NCBI GenBank assembly: GCA_938034975.1
Contig: CALHNI010000017.1
Coordinates: 5,130-69,129 of the forward strand
Direction of reading: 5' to 3'
From: Candidatus Goldiibacteriota bacterium
GTDB lineage: Bacteria > Oederibacteriota > PGYV01 > DYJU01
DNA length: 64,000 nucleotides
Shown here: one piece after another, positions 1 to 9,730 of the stretch
How the letters are laid out: every line of letters starts with the position of its first letter
Position numbering within the stretch: the first letter of the stretch is position 1
Translations under genes and position numbers: made by a program
Notes under the pieces: model-generated
Told to the model about the DNA's origin: nothing
The model's database searches: none
The model's input: only the letters and a program-made list of their open reading frames with translations

Positions 1-1
1 A

Positions 2-151
2 GATGCTGTTTATGATGTTTTTATTCCACGTAATGTTAAACTTTCTGAAGCGCCGAGTTTTGGTCAACCTATAAATATATATGATAAAAATTCAAAAGGT
101 GCTGAAGCTTATGAGAAACTTGCTGATGAAATTTTATCAGGAAAGGAGTAA
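2..151 (+). CDS. parA: ParA/Soj chromosome-partitioning ATPase, C-terminal fragment (5' end outside window)
   Basis: Own translation of frame 2: [49 protein letters not shown], matching the conserved ParA/Soj C-terminus (PRNVxLSEAPSxGxPI..YD). Stop TAA at 149-151; parB starts 5 nt later. Not in the ORF track because it is open at the window edge. Confidence 0.8.
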   Translation, partial: DAVYDVFIPRNVKLSEAPSFGQPINIYDKNSKGAEAYEKLADEILSGKE

Positions 152-156
152 TTAAT

Positions 157-1005
157 ATGGCAAGACAGGCACTGGGTAAAGGACTTTCTGCTTTGATTCC
201 GGGTGCTGCATCTAAAACAGGAAAAAAAGAAATAGCAGTAGAAGTTAAAATTGCAGACATAATACCAAATAAAAATCAGCCACGAGAAAATATTTCTCCT
301 GAAGAATTAAATGAATTAATAAAATCGGTTAAAGAAGACGGTATTTTGCAACCGATTTTAGTAAAGGAAATAACAGATGGGAAATATGAAATTATTGCAG
401 GTGAAAGAAGATTTATAGCAGCACAGAGAGCAGGGTTGAAAACAATACCTGCTATAATTAAAAAAAATATATCTTCCATTGACCAGCATAAAATAGCTTT
501 AATAGAAAATATACAAAGGCAGAATTTAAATCCTATAGAAGAAGCAAAGGCGTATCAAAAATTGATGGATGGTTATAATTGCACACAGGAACAACTCGCT
601 GAAAAATTGGGTAAAAACAGGGTAAGCATAGCCAATTCTATTCGTTTGCTTAAATTACCTGAAAACATACAAAAGTATTTGATAACAGGGGAATTACAAA
701 CTGGTCATGCAAAAGTATTACTGAGTATTGACGATGCTGGGAAACAAAAAGCGCTTGCCGAATTAACAGTAAAAAAGAATTTATCTGTAAGAGAACTTGA
801 AGATTTATTAAAGAAAAATCATATTAGAAAAGAAAAAACGAAAAAATCAGCTGAACCAGAAATAAAAAATCTGGAAGATAAATTAAAACATTTCTTTGGG
901 ACAAAAGTTAATATAAGAGGTTCATATAAAAAGGGAAAGATAATTATAGAATATTATAATAAGGAAGATTTTGAGAGAATATTAGATGTTTTAAAAATAA
1001 AATAA
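157..1005 (+). CDS. parB: ParB/Spo0J chromosome partitioning protein
   Basis: 282-aa ORF with SD aaggag upstream of the ATG. ParB motifs KGLSALI and IIAGERRFIAAQRAGL, and HTH region TQEQLAEKLGKNRVSIANSIRLLKLP. Lies immediately after parA. Confidence 0.93.
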   Translation: MARQALGKGLSALIPGAASKTGKKEIAVEVKIADIIPNKNQPRENISPEELNELIKSVKEDGILQPILVKEITDGKYEIIAGERRFIAAQRAGLKTIPAIIKKNISSIDQHKIALIENIQRQNLNPIEEAKAYQKLMDGYNCTQEQLAEKLGKNRVSIANSIRLLKLPENIQKYLITGELQTGHAKVLLSIDDAGKQKALAELTVKKNLSVRELEDLLKKNHIRKEKTKKSAEPEIKNLEDKLKHFFGTKVNIRGSYKKGKIIIEYYNKEDFERILDVLKIK

Positions 1006-1020
1006 TTCTTATTTTTATTA

Positions 1021-1446
1021 TTATTTTTTTATTGGCTCTTTACTTGCTTTATCAATTTCGGCTTTTAAACTTTCAACCCACTGATTATAAAGTGGTTCTA
1101 TTTCTTTTAAACGTTCCCTTGATAATTTAACCCATTTACTCTCTGGTGGAGTAAAAAGATCTATAACTGTCTGATACTGAACATAAGCATTTTTTAATGC
1201 ATTATCTTCCATCAGCATTTCATATTCTTCTGGTGAAATTTCTTTTTTGTTTAATTTATTGTCATAATATTGTTTTTTTAATTCTGGATTTTTATAAAAG
1301 GATAAGAATTTTTCGCCTTCCAAATATTCTCTTTTTGCTCTCCTTATAACTTCATACCTTGCCATAAAATAAGCAATTATTAAGGTAAAAATAACGAGAG
1401 CGCTTATTGTTAAAATATTTTTTATTTTGTCTTTATCTTCAATCAT
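1021..1446 (-). CDS. hypothetical membrane-anchored protein (single N-terminal TM helix, charged helical ectodomain)
   Basis: 141-aa ORF with SD aaaggagg 6-7 nt upstream of the ATG. TM segment ILTISALVIFTLIIAYFMA. No family recognised. Preceded by a long conserved leader (see 1447-1725). Confidence 0.6.
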   Translation of the reverse strand: MIEDKDKIKNILTISALVIFTLIIAYFMARYEVIRRAKREYLEGEKFLSFYKNPELKKQYYDNKLNKKEISPEEYEMLMEDNALKNAYVQYQTVIDLFTPPESKWVKLSRERLKEIEPLYNQWVESLKAEIDKASKEPIKK

Positions 1447-1725
1447 TTAAAACCTCCTTTTAAATGATAAAGTATTATGAAAAGTTTTAACGCTTTTTAC
1501 TTAAAAATCCTTTTATTCATATTCTTCTGTTGCCTTTGTTTCCCCTTTATCAAAGGGGGATTTTAGGGGAATTCACATCCATTCTCTTTTTCTAGCTCTC
1601 TTTTAATTTAAAATCTCCCCTCACCCCTCTTTATTAAAGAGGGGGAAATGTATATTATTTTCAATACTTTTAGTATATATTTTAATCTCTGCCTTCTTTC
1701 TTTTTCATAGAATTTTTCACATTAT
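1447..1725 (-). promoter_or_regulatory. Long conserved 5' leader (family-2 element, copy b) of the 141-aa gene; homologous to the etfB leader at 53983-54292
   Basis: The reverse complement aligns end to end with 53983-54292. By eye it is about 90% identical in the first ~115 nt and about 85% in the last ~110 nt, including the SD. Contains C/G-clamped hairpins (cccctctttattaaagaggggg; tcccctttatcaaaggggga). Confidence 0.6.
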
Positions 1726-1738
1726 AAATGATAAAATG

Positions 1739-1767
1739 ATTATAAGTTGAAAGAAAACGTTTGTCAA
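1739..1767 (-). promoter_or_regulatory. sigma70-type promoter (TTGACA-17-TATAAT) driving the leader and the 141-aa gene
   Basis: The minus strand reads ttgaca aacgttttctttcaact tataat: consensus -35 and -10 hexamers with a 17-nt spacer, about 10 nt upstream of the start of the conserved leader. Confidence 0.55.
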
Positions 1768-1804
1768 TTTAAAAAAATAAATTTGAAAATCAATAGGAAA
1801 TATT

Positions 1805-1928
1805 TTTTGTTTTTATTAAAAAACGTATGAATTAAAGTAATGCACTATAAAAATAAAAAATTATTATACAAAAAAACAAAAATATTTTATATTTCCGTAA
1901 AAACGCATTTTCTAATGCGTTTTTACGG
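1805..1928 (+). repeat. Family-1 intergenic repeat, copy A (core + H2 hairpin; no clear H1)
   Basis: Core gtatgaattaaagtaatgcactataaaaataaaaaatt followed by the H2 hairpin ccgtaaaaacgc-attttctaat-gcgtttttacgg (1895-1928, perfect 12-bp stem). Confidence 0.7.
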
Positions 1929-2003
1929 TAAAAATATTTTGATTTATAAAAGTTATTTTTTGTATTATAATTCAATAAATTTTATAATTAAAACGAGGTT
2001 AAT

Positions 2004-2456
2004 GTGGATAAAAAATATGAAAAAGCCAAAAGATATTCAATTTGGCTGTTAAGTAAAAAGGATTACAGTCAACAGGAAATATCAAATAAACTAAAAAATA
2101 AAAATTATACAGAAGATATTATAAATAAAGTTATAAAATTTTTAGATAAATATAAATTTATTAATGAAGATAAGTTAGTAGAAAAAGAGATAGAATATGG
2201 TATAAAAAAATTAAAAAGCCCGGAATATATAAAAAATAAACTTTTATTAAAAGGTATAAAATATGATAAATTTAAAGAAAAAATTTTGAAAATAGATGAA
2301 TTTGAAATTGCTTGTAATTTGGCATTAAAAAAAATGAAAAAAAATAAAAATAACGAAAAAAATGAAATAAAATATAAAATTTTTAAATATTTATCAACAA
2401 AAGGATTTAATTATGATATAATTGAAAAAGTTGTAAATAAAATTTTAGAAACCTGA
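2004..2456 (+). CDS. recX: RecX-like regulatory protein
   Basis: 150-aa ORF with GTG start and SD acgaggt. Shows the RecX three-helix repeat pattern (YSIWLLSKKDYSQQEISNKLKNKNYTEDIINKVIKFLDKYKFINEDKL ...), a repeated ~45-aa helical unit. Confidence 0.7.
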   Translation: MDKKYEKAKRYSIWLLSKKDYSQQEISNKLKNKNYTEDIINKVIKFLDKYKFINEDKLVEKEIEYGIKKLKSPEYIKNKLLLKGIKYDKFKEKILKIDEFEIACNLALKKMKKNKNNEKNEIKYKIFKYLSTKGFNYDIIEKVVNKILET

Positions 2457-2661
2457 AAAACGTATTAGCGCTTTTTCAGAGGAAAAAAGGAAATATAAAA
2501 AAGGTTTATAAACAAATAGAAATGTTAAAAGAGAACTTATTTTTAAATTAAAAAACAGGTGAATAAAAGTAATGCACAATAAAAATAAAAAATTATTAAA
2601 TAAAAAAGACAAAAATATTTTACATTCCAGTAAAAACGCATTTTCTAATGAGTTTTTACGG
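2452..2661 (+). repeat. Family-1 intergenic repeat, copy B (H1 - core - H2), filling the recX-alaS spacer
   Basis: H1 cctgaaaaacgtattagcgctttttcagagg (2452-2482) contains the recX TGA stop. Core ggtgaataaaagtaatgcacaataaaaat. H2 ccagtaaaaacgcattttctaatgagtttttacgg (2627-2661). Confidence 0.75.
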
Positions 2662-2682
2662 TAGAAAATAAAGGTGCTATAA

Positions 2683-5301
2683 ATGAATAGTAAAGAACTA
2701 AGGAGAATTTTTTTGGAATTTTTTAAAAATAAAGGTCATATAATAAAACCAAGTTCATCTTTAATTCCAGAAGATCCAACACTTTTATTTACAGTGGCAG
2801 GTATGGTTCCTTTTAAAAACTATTTTTTAAGGAAAGTCCCTATAACTTTTACACGGGCTGCATCCTGCCAGAAATGTATAAGAACAAATGATATAGAAAA
2901 TGTAGGTAAAACCCGCAGGCATCATACTTTTTTTGAAATGCTTGGTAACTTTTCGTTTGGCGATTATTTTAAAAAAGAAGCAATTGCCTGGGCGTGGGAA
3001 TTTTTAACAGAGGTTATTAAACTTCCAAAAAACAGGATGTATATCAGTATTTATAAAGATGATGATGAAGCTTATGAAATATGGAACAAAATAATCAAAA
3101 TTCCATCAGAAAGAATTTTCAGAATGGGGAAAGAAACAAATTTTTGGGAAATGGGAACAGTGGGTCCTTGTGGTTATTGCAGTGAGATATATTTTGATTT
3201 AGAAGGCGGTGATAAAGCAACCCTTGCAGATATAGAAAAAAATGACGATAGATTTTTAGAAATCTGGAATCTGGTTTTTACACAATTTGATAAAAAACCT
3301 GATGGTTCTTTGGTTGAATTGGAACATAAAAATATTGATACGGGAATGGGACTTGAACGACTTGCCGCTGTTTCGCAGGGTGTTTATTCTAATTTTGAAA
3401 CAGACCTTTTTATGCCAATTATAAATTTTGTGGCAAAAAAAGCTGGAGTTCAATATAAAAAAGATGAAAAAAAAGATATTTCGTTACGAGTTATATCTGA
3501 CCATTTACGTTCATCTGTTTTTTTAATTGCTGATGGTGTTTTGCCGTCAAATGAAGGTCGTGGATATGTATTAAGGAGGATAATAAGGCGGGGAGTAAGG
3601 CATTGTAAATTACTTGGAATAAAAGATATTTTTTTATACGAAGGAGTTTCACCTGTGATAAATATAATGCAGGATTTTTATCCTGAATTAACTGACAGAA
3701 AAGAATATATAATGCAGATAATAAAATTAGAGGAAGAAAAATTTAAAACAACTATAGACAGAGGTGTTGAGATTTTAGATGAGGAAATTCAAAAAATAAA
3801 GGAATCAAAAAAGAATATTTTATCAGGAGATATTGTTTTTAAATTATATGATACTTTTGGATTTCCAATTGAGATAACAGAAGAAATAATTTCGGATTAT
3901 GATATAAAAATGGATAAAGAAAAATTTGAGGAACTCATGGAAAAACAAAGGGAGATTGCCAGAAAATCATGGAAAGGCACATCAGTAGAATTTCTTGAAA
4001 AAATCCCTTTAAATTTAATACAAGAGTTAAATACTACATTATTTACCGGTTATGAAACACTAAATGAAGCAAATTGCAAAATCCTTGCAATAATAAAAGA
4101 TAAAAAAGTGGTGGATGTTGCAGAAAAAGATGAAGAGATAAACATTATTCTTGATAAAACCCCTTTTTATGCAGAATCAGGCGGTCAGATAGGAGATACA
4201 GGAATTTTATATAGTGAAAATTGTGAAGTTTTCATAATTGATACAAAAAAAATTGATGAAAGATATATTCATATAGGTAAAATAAAAAGTGGGGAAATTA
4301 GAAAGGGCGATAGTCTTTTTGCCAGTGTTGATGAGATCAAAAGGAAAGATACTATGAAAAATCATTCTGCAACACATCTTTTACAGGCCGCTTTAAGAAA
4401 TATTCTCGGGATTCATGTTGAACAGTCCGGCTCTTATGTGGGGTATGACAGATTAAGATTTGATTTTACACATTTTGCAAACATCACAGAAGAAGAATTA
4501 TCAAAAATTGAAAATTTTGTAAATAAATGTATTCAGGATTGTTTACCAGTAAATGTAAAAGAAATGGATATAGAGGAAGCAAAAGAAAAAGGAGCAATTG
4601 CATTATTTGAAGATAAATATAATAAACAGGTCAGAACAATAAAAATGGGAGATGTTTCTTTTGAATTATGTGGTGGAACTCATGTAAAAAACACAGGGGA
4701 AATAGGGTTGTTTAAAATAATTTATGAAGGTTCAATATCAGCAGGAATAAGGAGGATTGAAGCGGTAACAGGAAATGCGGCAATAAAACTTTTAAATGAA
4801 TATGAAAAATTTATTGAAAAATTAAAATATAATTTTAAATCAGGTAATCTTGCTGAATTAGAAGAAAAAATTTTTAAATTAATAGAAGAAAATAAGAATT
4901 TAAAAAAACAATCTGAAACAATAAAAAAAGAAACATTATTAAAAAACGTTGATGAATATATAAATAACGCAATAAAAATCAATGATATTAATATGATAAT
5001 TATTAAATTACATGATGCAGATAAAGATACATTAAGAATGCTTGGTGATGAAATCAGAATAAAGGTAAAAAAAGCATTTATATTAATTGCAAATATTGTA
5101 GATAATAAAGTTAATTTTTTAAGCATTGTGACTGATGATCTTACTCATAAACTGGATGCTTCCGGTATGATTAAAGAAATAGCAAAAGTGTGTGGTGGTA
5201 GTGGCGGTGGCAGAAAAAATATGGCAGAAGCAGGTGGGAAGGATATAAGTAAACTTGAAAAAGCCATAGATTTTGCAAAAGAACTTATAAAAAGAGTTTA
5301 A
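2683..5301 (+). CDS. alaS: Alanine--tRNA ligase
   Basis: 872 aa. Class-II AlaRS motifs FTVAGMVPFK, HHTFFEMLGNFSFGDYFK and WNLVFTQF; editing-domain HSATHLL and CGGTH; C-terminal DHHA1-type GGSGGGR. Confidence 0.97.
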   Translation: MNSKELRRIFLEFFKNKGHIIKPSSSLIPEDPTLLFTVAGMVPFKNYFLRKVPITFTRAASCQKCIRTNDIENVGKTRRHHTFFEMLGNFSFGDYFKKEAIAWAWEFLTEVIKLPKNRMYISIYKDDDEAYEIWNKIIKIPSERIFRMGKETNFWEMGTVGPCGYCSEIYFDLEGGDKATLADIEKNDDRFLEIWNLVFTQFDKKPDGSLVELEHKNIDTGMGLERLAAVSQGVYSNFETDLFMPIINFVAKKAGVQYKKDEKKDISLRVISDHLRSSVFLIADGVLPSNEGRGYVLRRIIRRGVRHCKLLGIKDIFLYEGVSPVINIMQDFYPELTDRKEYIMQIIKLEEEKFKTTIDRGVEILDEEIQKIKESKKNILSGDIVFKLYDTFGFPIEITEEIISDYDIKMDKEKFEELMEKQREIARKSWKGTSVEFLEKIPLNLIQELNTTLFTGYETLNEANCKILAIIKDKKVVDVAEKDEEINIILDKTPFYAESGGQIGDTGILYSENCEVFIIDTKKIDERYIHIGKIKSGEIRKGDSLFASVDEIKRKDTMKNHSATHLLQAALRNILGIHVEQSGSYVGYDRLRFDFTHFANITEEELSKIENFVNKCIQDCLPVNVKEMDIEEAKEKGAIALFEDKYNKQVRTIKMGDVSFELCGGTHVKNTGEIGLFKIIYEGSISAGIRRIEAVTGNAAIKLLNEYEKFIEKLKYNFKSGNLAELEEKIFKLIEENKNLKKQSETIKKETLLKNVDEYINNAIKINDINMIIIKLHDADKDTLRMLGDEIRIKVKKAFILIANIVDNKVNFLSIVTDDLTHKLDASGMIKEIAKVCGGSGGGRKNMAEAGGKDISKLEKAIDFAKELIKRV

Positions 5302-5302
5302 A

Positions 5303-5719
5303 ATGCGCATTTTAGGTTTTGATGTCGGGACAAAAAGGATTGGCGTTGCTGTAAGTGATGAAACAAAAACAATTGCAACAGGAATAAATTATATTGAAAA
5401 TAATGAAAATATTATAGGGGAATTAGAAAGATATATTAAAGAATACTCTCCGGAAATAATTGTGGTTGGTAATCCGAAAAATATGGATGGAACAATAAAT
5501 TCAAAAAATCAGTTTGTTGGTGATTTTTTAGAAAAGTTGAAAAATATTTTTGATGAAAGTAAGATAGTTTTATGGGATGAAAGATTAAGTTCTATACAGG
5601 CAGAACGGGTCTTAATAAAAGGAGATGTCAGGAGAAAAGATAGAAAAAAAATTATGGATAAAATTTCCGCAGCGATTATTTTACAAAATTATCTGGATTA
5701 CCTTAAATTAAAAAAATAA
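5303..5719 (+). CDS. ruvX: YqgF/RuvX putative pre-16S rRNA nuclease (Holliday junction resolvase-like)
   Basis: 138 aa. N-terminal MRILGFDVGTKRIGVAVSD and a WDERLSS motif typical of YqgF. Confidence 0.9.
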   Translation: MRILGFDVGTKRIGVAVSDETKTIATGINYIENNENIIGELERYIKEYSPEIIVVGNPKNMDGTINSKNQFVGDFLEKLKNIFDESKIVLWDERLSSIQAERVLIKGDVRRKDRKKIMDKISAAIILQNYLDYLKLKK

Positions 5720-5720
5720 A

Positions 5721-6785
5721 ATGGAAAATAAAGAAAATTTTAATAAGAAAGTAAAAAGTTTTATTGCTTATAAAAATATCATACTAGTTGTTTTAATAAT
5801 AATTTTAGTATTATTTATATCAGTAATAATTTCCATAAATCTTCCTTATTCTTTTGGTTTAAATAAGAAAGTGGTTTATATAACTTATGGATCAGGGTTA
5901 AAGAAGATTTCGCAAAATCTGGCTGAAAATAAGGTTATACGAAATAAAATTTTATTTGAATTATATGTTTTAATAACAGGTGCCTTTAAAAAAATAAAAG
6001 CAGGTGAATATGAGTTTTCTGATTATGACAGCATAAGAACAATAACTTTAAAACTTATAAAAGGTGAAATTTTAAAGCATAAAATTGTAATACCAGAAGG
6101 GTCGGATATAAATGATATTTCTGAAATTTTATCTTCTGGTAAATTGGTTGATAAGCAAAAATTTTTATTTTTGGTAAAAGACAAAAATTTTCTTGATAAG
6201 ATAGGTATAAAATACAATAGTTTAGAAGGTTTGTTGTTTCCTGATACATATTATTTTGTGATTGGTGAAGGAGAGGAAAAAATAATAATGACTATGTATG
6301 AGAGATTTAAAAAAATGGTTAATATTGATTTGGATAAATATTATAATATTTATGGCTATAATATAAAAGGATACAACATCATAAAACTTGCTTCTATTAT
6401 AGAGAAAGAATCCAAAGTAGATGAGGAAAGACCTGTAATTGCATCTGTTTTTTATAATAGATTAAAATCAAAAGAACCATATCAACGAAGATTGGAGTCC
6501 TGTGCAACGGTAAGATATGCATTAAATAAAAAACACGGTGCTTTAACAAATAAGGATTTAAAGGTGCAATCACCATATAATACTTATATAATAATTGGAT
6601 TTCCGCCAACGCCTATATGTAATCCAGGGTTAAAAAGTATTTTGGCGGCATTAAATCCTGCAAAGACAGATTATTTTTATTTTGTCGTAAAGGAAAACGG
6701 TATACATAGTTTCTCATCGGATCTAGAAAGTCATATAAAATACAAAAAACTAAATAAAAGAAAAAATAATTATGAAAAAAACTAA
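5721..6785 (+). CDS. mltG: Endolytic murein transglycosylase MltG (YceG-like)
   Basis: 354 aa. N-terminal TM helix, then YceG motifs IPEG, LASIIEKE, SPYNTY and PPTPICNPG. Confidence 0.9.
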   Translation: MENKENFNKKVKSFIAYKNIILVVLIIILVLFISVIISINLPYSFGLNKKVVYITYGSGLKKISQNLAENKVIRNKILFELYVLITGAFKKIKAGEYEFSDYDSIRTITLKLIKGEILKHKIVIPEGSDINDISEILSSGKLVDKQKFLFLVKDKNFLDKIGIKYNSLEGLLFPDTYYFVIGEGEEKIIMTMYERFKKMVNIDLDKYYNIYGYNIKGYNIIKLASIIEKESKVDEERPVIASVFYNRLKSKEPYQRRLESCATVRYALNKKHGALTNKDLKVQSPYNTYIIIGFPPTPICNPGLKSILAALNPAKTDYFYFVVKENGIHSFSSDLESHIKYKKLNKRKNNYEKN

Positions 6786-7650
6786 AGTTTTATTGATGAT
6801 TATAATATTGCTTTTTTATAGCGAAAAATTATTTTCTTTTCTTTTTTATGATTATTCAGGAGATTATTTAGAACCATGGAAAATTCAGGCATATTATAAA
6901 GAAAAATATTTTGAATATAATTTTTATTATGGCTACTATAATTTTTTTGATAATTATGTAAAGGGTGACGAAGAAAAAATGTTGTCTGGCATGAAACAAA
7001 ATTTCGGATTACGTTTAGGCTTGCCAGAAAGTTATATTTTGAGCACAGATATTCTGTATATTTTTCAGAAAATTGATACTGAAAATCATAATAATGTCCA
7101 GGCAATTACTTTTTTAATAGAAAAAAACCCAAAAAATTTTTTTAATCTGCTTTTTGGTTTAAAAATACCTTTATGGAATAAAGAAATAAATAATATAAGG
7201 ATTTTAACAGAAAAGGATAAATTAAATTTTATGTTGGGGATCTCTTATAATTTCAATTACTTTTTTTTGTTAAATAAATTTTTTATCCATTTGGAAATGC
7301 CTGTTTATTTTGACATGGATTATAAAGGTGAACTATCAGCAGGCGGAATTTTAGGGTTTAACATATATGATGATAAAGAGAAACAAAGTGTAGATTTGCT
7401 TTTGGAATTATCATTTAATATAAGCGATCATACACAAACTTATTCTGTAGTAGGTGTTTTAATACCACAATTACAAATAAAATTTTATAGTGATTTTGAA
7501 TTCAAAATAGGGATGCAGATACCAGGGTATATAGAAAATTGTTTTTACCATAAATACGATAAATATTTATACATTGTAAAGTTAAATTATTTAATTAACA
7601 GTGATAACAGGAAAAAAGATTCAACAATAAATAATATTCAGTATGAATAG
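6772..7650 (+). CDS. hypothetical secreted protein, Tyr/Phe/Asn-rich (possible outer-membrane beta-barrel)
   Basis: 292 aa. Signal-peptide-like N-terminus MKKTKVLLMIIILLFYSEKLFS and alternating aromatic/polar strands. No family recognised. Confidence 0.5.
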   Translation: MKKTKVLLMIIILLFYSEKLFSFLFYDYSGDYLEPWKIQAYYKEKYFEYNFYYGYYNFFDNYVKGDEEKMLSGMKQNFGLRLGLPESYILSTDILYIFQKIDTENHNNVQAITFLIEKNPKNFFNLLFGLKIPLWNKEINNIRILTEKDKLNFMLGISYNFNYFFLLNKFFIHLEMPVYFDMDYKGELSAGGILGFNIYDDKEKQSVDLLLELSFNISDHTQTYSVVGVLIPQLQIKFYSDFEFKIGMQIPGYIENCFYHKYDKYLYIVKLNYLINSDNRKKDSTINNIQYE

Positions 7651-7672
7651 AGAATTGATTTAAGGATAAATT

Positions 7673-9730
7673 ATGGAAAAAATTAATAAAGAATATATAC
7701 TGGGATTTTTAAAAACACAGAACAAACCTTTAAATTTAAGGACAATTCTTAATAAATTAAAAATTTCAAAAAAATACAGATTATCTGTTAAAAGAATACT
7801 TCAACAACTTTTAAGGGAAAATAAAATACAAAAAGAAAGGAAAAAATATTTTGCTTTTGATTATGGCAATATAGTAAGAGGCAAAGTAGAACTTAAAAAT
7901 GGATTTGGCTATGTTCTTTCAGAAAATGGACCGGACATTTATATTGGAAGAAAAAGCATAGCAAATCTTTTACCCGGGGATAAAGTAGAAGTGTTTGTAA
8001 AAAAAACTTATGATGGTAAAAGGGAAGGCATTATTAAAAATATTATAAAAAGAACAGAAATGCCATTGATGTGTAAAGTAAAAAAGTCGGGGAAAAATTA
8101 TTTTGCCTATCTTACTTCAAAAAAATTTCCTTTGATTAAAATAGAAGATAATAATTTTAATTTAAATGATGGCGATATGGTGCTTTTGAATGTAAAAGAA
8201 ACCTCCAAATATATCATTGGAGAAGTTATATCGCATGTATCAGATAAAGAAAATATTAATTTATTGGAACAATTCATTTTGGATAAAAATGAGATAAGAC
8301 AGGAATTCCCGGAAGGTGTTTTGCAAGAAGCGGAAAATATTAATAAAAAAAGTATGGATAAAGATAACAGAGTTGATTTGAGAAATGAAATAGTTATAAC
8401 TATAGACCCGTATGATGCCAAAGATTTTGATGATGCAATTTCGCTTAAAAAAATAGGAAATATATATGAACTAGGAGTCCATATTGCAGATGTTTCCTAT
8501 TTTGTTCAGGAAGGGTCAGATATTGATTACGAAGCTTTGCTAAGGGGAGTCAGCGTATATCTCCCATACAGAGTCATACCGATGTTACCTGAAAAACTCT
8601 CAAATGATATATGTTCCTTAAAAGAAGGAAAAGATAGGTTTACTTTTTCTGTTTTTATAAAGATAGATAAAAATGGTGAATTTTTATCGTATGAATTTAA
8701 AGAAAGTATAATAAATAATAAAAAAAGATTTAACTATGAAGAAGTTCAGGAAATTTTAAAAGGAAGATTAGAGATAAAAGATAAAAAAATAGAAGAGTTG
8801 TTATTAAATGCAAATCACTTAAAAGATATTATAGGAAAAAAACTATACATAGATGGTATGATAGATTTGAATATTGGCGAACCGGTTTTTATTTATGGAC
8901 CGGATAATAAAATTTATAATATTATAAGGAAAGAGACCCTGGAATCTCATAAGCTTATTGAATATTTTATGATTGCTGCAAATATTTGTGCCGCTGATTT
9001 TATTACTAAAAATTATAAAAGTGGTATATTCAGAATACATCCTGAACCAATAGAAAAAGATATTATAGAATTAAATTTATTTTTAAATTCTATTGGAGTA
9101 GATATAAAAATTAAAAAAGGATCAAATGATGAATTTCAAAAAATAATCAAAAAAATTGAAAATTTACAGCAAAAAGAACTTATCAAAAGGAAATTATTAC
9201 GAACCATGCAACTTGCAAGATATTCTGAAAAAAACACAGGACATTTTGGTCTTTCTTTGGAAAAATATTCTCATTTTACATCGCCAATACGAAGGTATGC
9301 CGATATTGTAGCACACAGGTTGATAAAATCAGCCTTGAGATTATCATCAATGAAAGATAGTTCAAAAGTATATTTAAAAGATGTTGCAAAAAAAATATCT
9401 GAATGTGAAGAAAAAGCAGAAAAAGCAGAAACGGAAGTTTTTAAATTATATGCTTTAAATTTTTTAAAAGATAAAACAGGTCAGGAATTTTACGCTGTAA
9501 TAACCAAAATAACGCATAATGGTTTTTTTGCAGAACTTAAAGATTATCCAGTTGAAGGATTTATAAATTTTGATAATATATATGATGACTATTATGAATA
9601 TGATTTTGAAAGGCAGGTAGCAACTGGTAAAAGGACGAAAAAAATTTTTAAAATAGGGGCAGTAATTAAAGTCATTATAACGAAAATTGACCTAGAACTT
9701 TTAAGAATGAATCTGGAGTTAGCTGAATGA
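7673..9730 (+). CDS. rnr: Ribonuclease R (RNB family 3'-5' exoribonuclease)
   Basis: 685 aa. RNB motifs ITIDPYDAKDFDDAIS, HIADVS and GHFGLSLEKYSHFTSPIRRYADIVAHR; C-terminal S1 domain (GFFAEL). Confidence 0.92.
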   Translation: MEKINKEYILGFLKTQNKPLNLRTILNKLKISKKYRLSVKRILQQLLRENKIQKERKKYFAFDYGNIVRGKVELKNGFGYVLSENGPDIYIGRKSIANLLPGDKVEVFVKKTYDGKREGIIKNIIKRTEMPLMCKVKKSGKNYFAYLTSKKFPLIKIEDNNFNLNDGDMVLLNVKETSKYIIGEVISHVSDKENINLLEQFILDKNEIRQEFPEGVLQEAENINKKSMDKDNRVDLRNEIVITIDPYDAKDFDDAISLKKIGNIYELGVHIADVSYFVQEGSDIDYEALLRGVSVYLPYRVIPMLPEKLSNDICSLKEGKDRFTFSVFIKIDKNGEFLSYEFKESIINNKKRFNYEEVQEILKGRLEIKDKKIEELLLNANHLKDIIGKKLYIDGMIDLNIGEPVFIYGPDNKIYNIIRKETLESHKLIEYFMIAANICAADFITKNYKSGIFRIHPEPIEKDIIELNLFLNSIGVDIKIKKGSNDEFQKIIKKIENLQQKELIKRKLLRTMQLARYSEKNTGHFGLSLEKYSHFTSPIRRYADIVAHRLIKSALRLSSMKDSSKVYLKDVAKKISECEEKAEKAETEVFKLYALNFLKDKTGQEFYAVITKITHNGFFAELKDYPVEGFINFDNIYDDYYEYDFERQVATGKRTKKIFKIGAVIKVIITKIDLELLRMNLELAE

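Noticed and set aside
1840-2052. 70-aa ORF spanning repeat copy A and the recX start
   Set aside because: It lies inside the dispersed repeat (core + H2 hairpin) and overlaps the recX start in another frame. Its translation is low-complexity.
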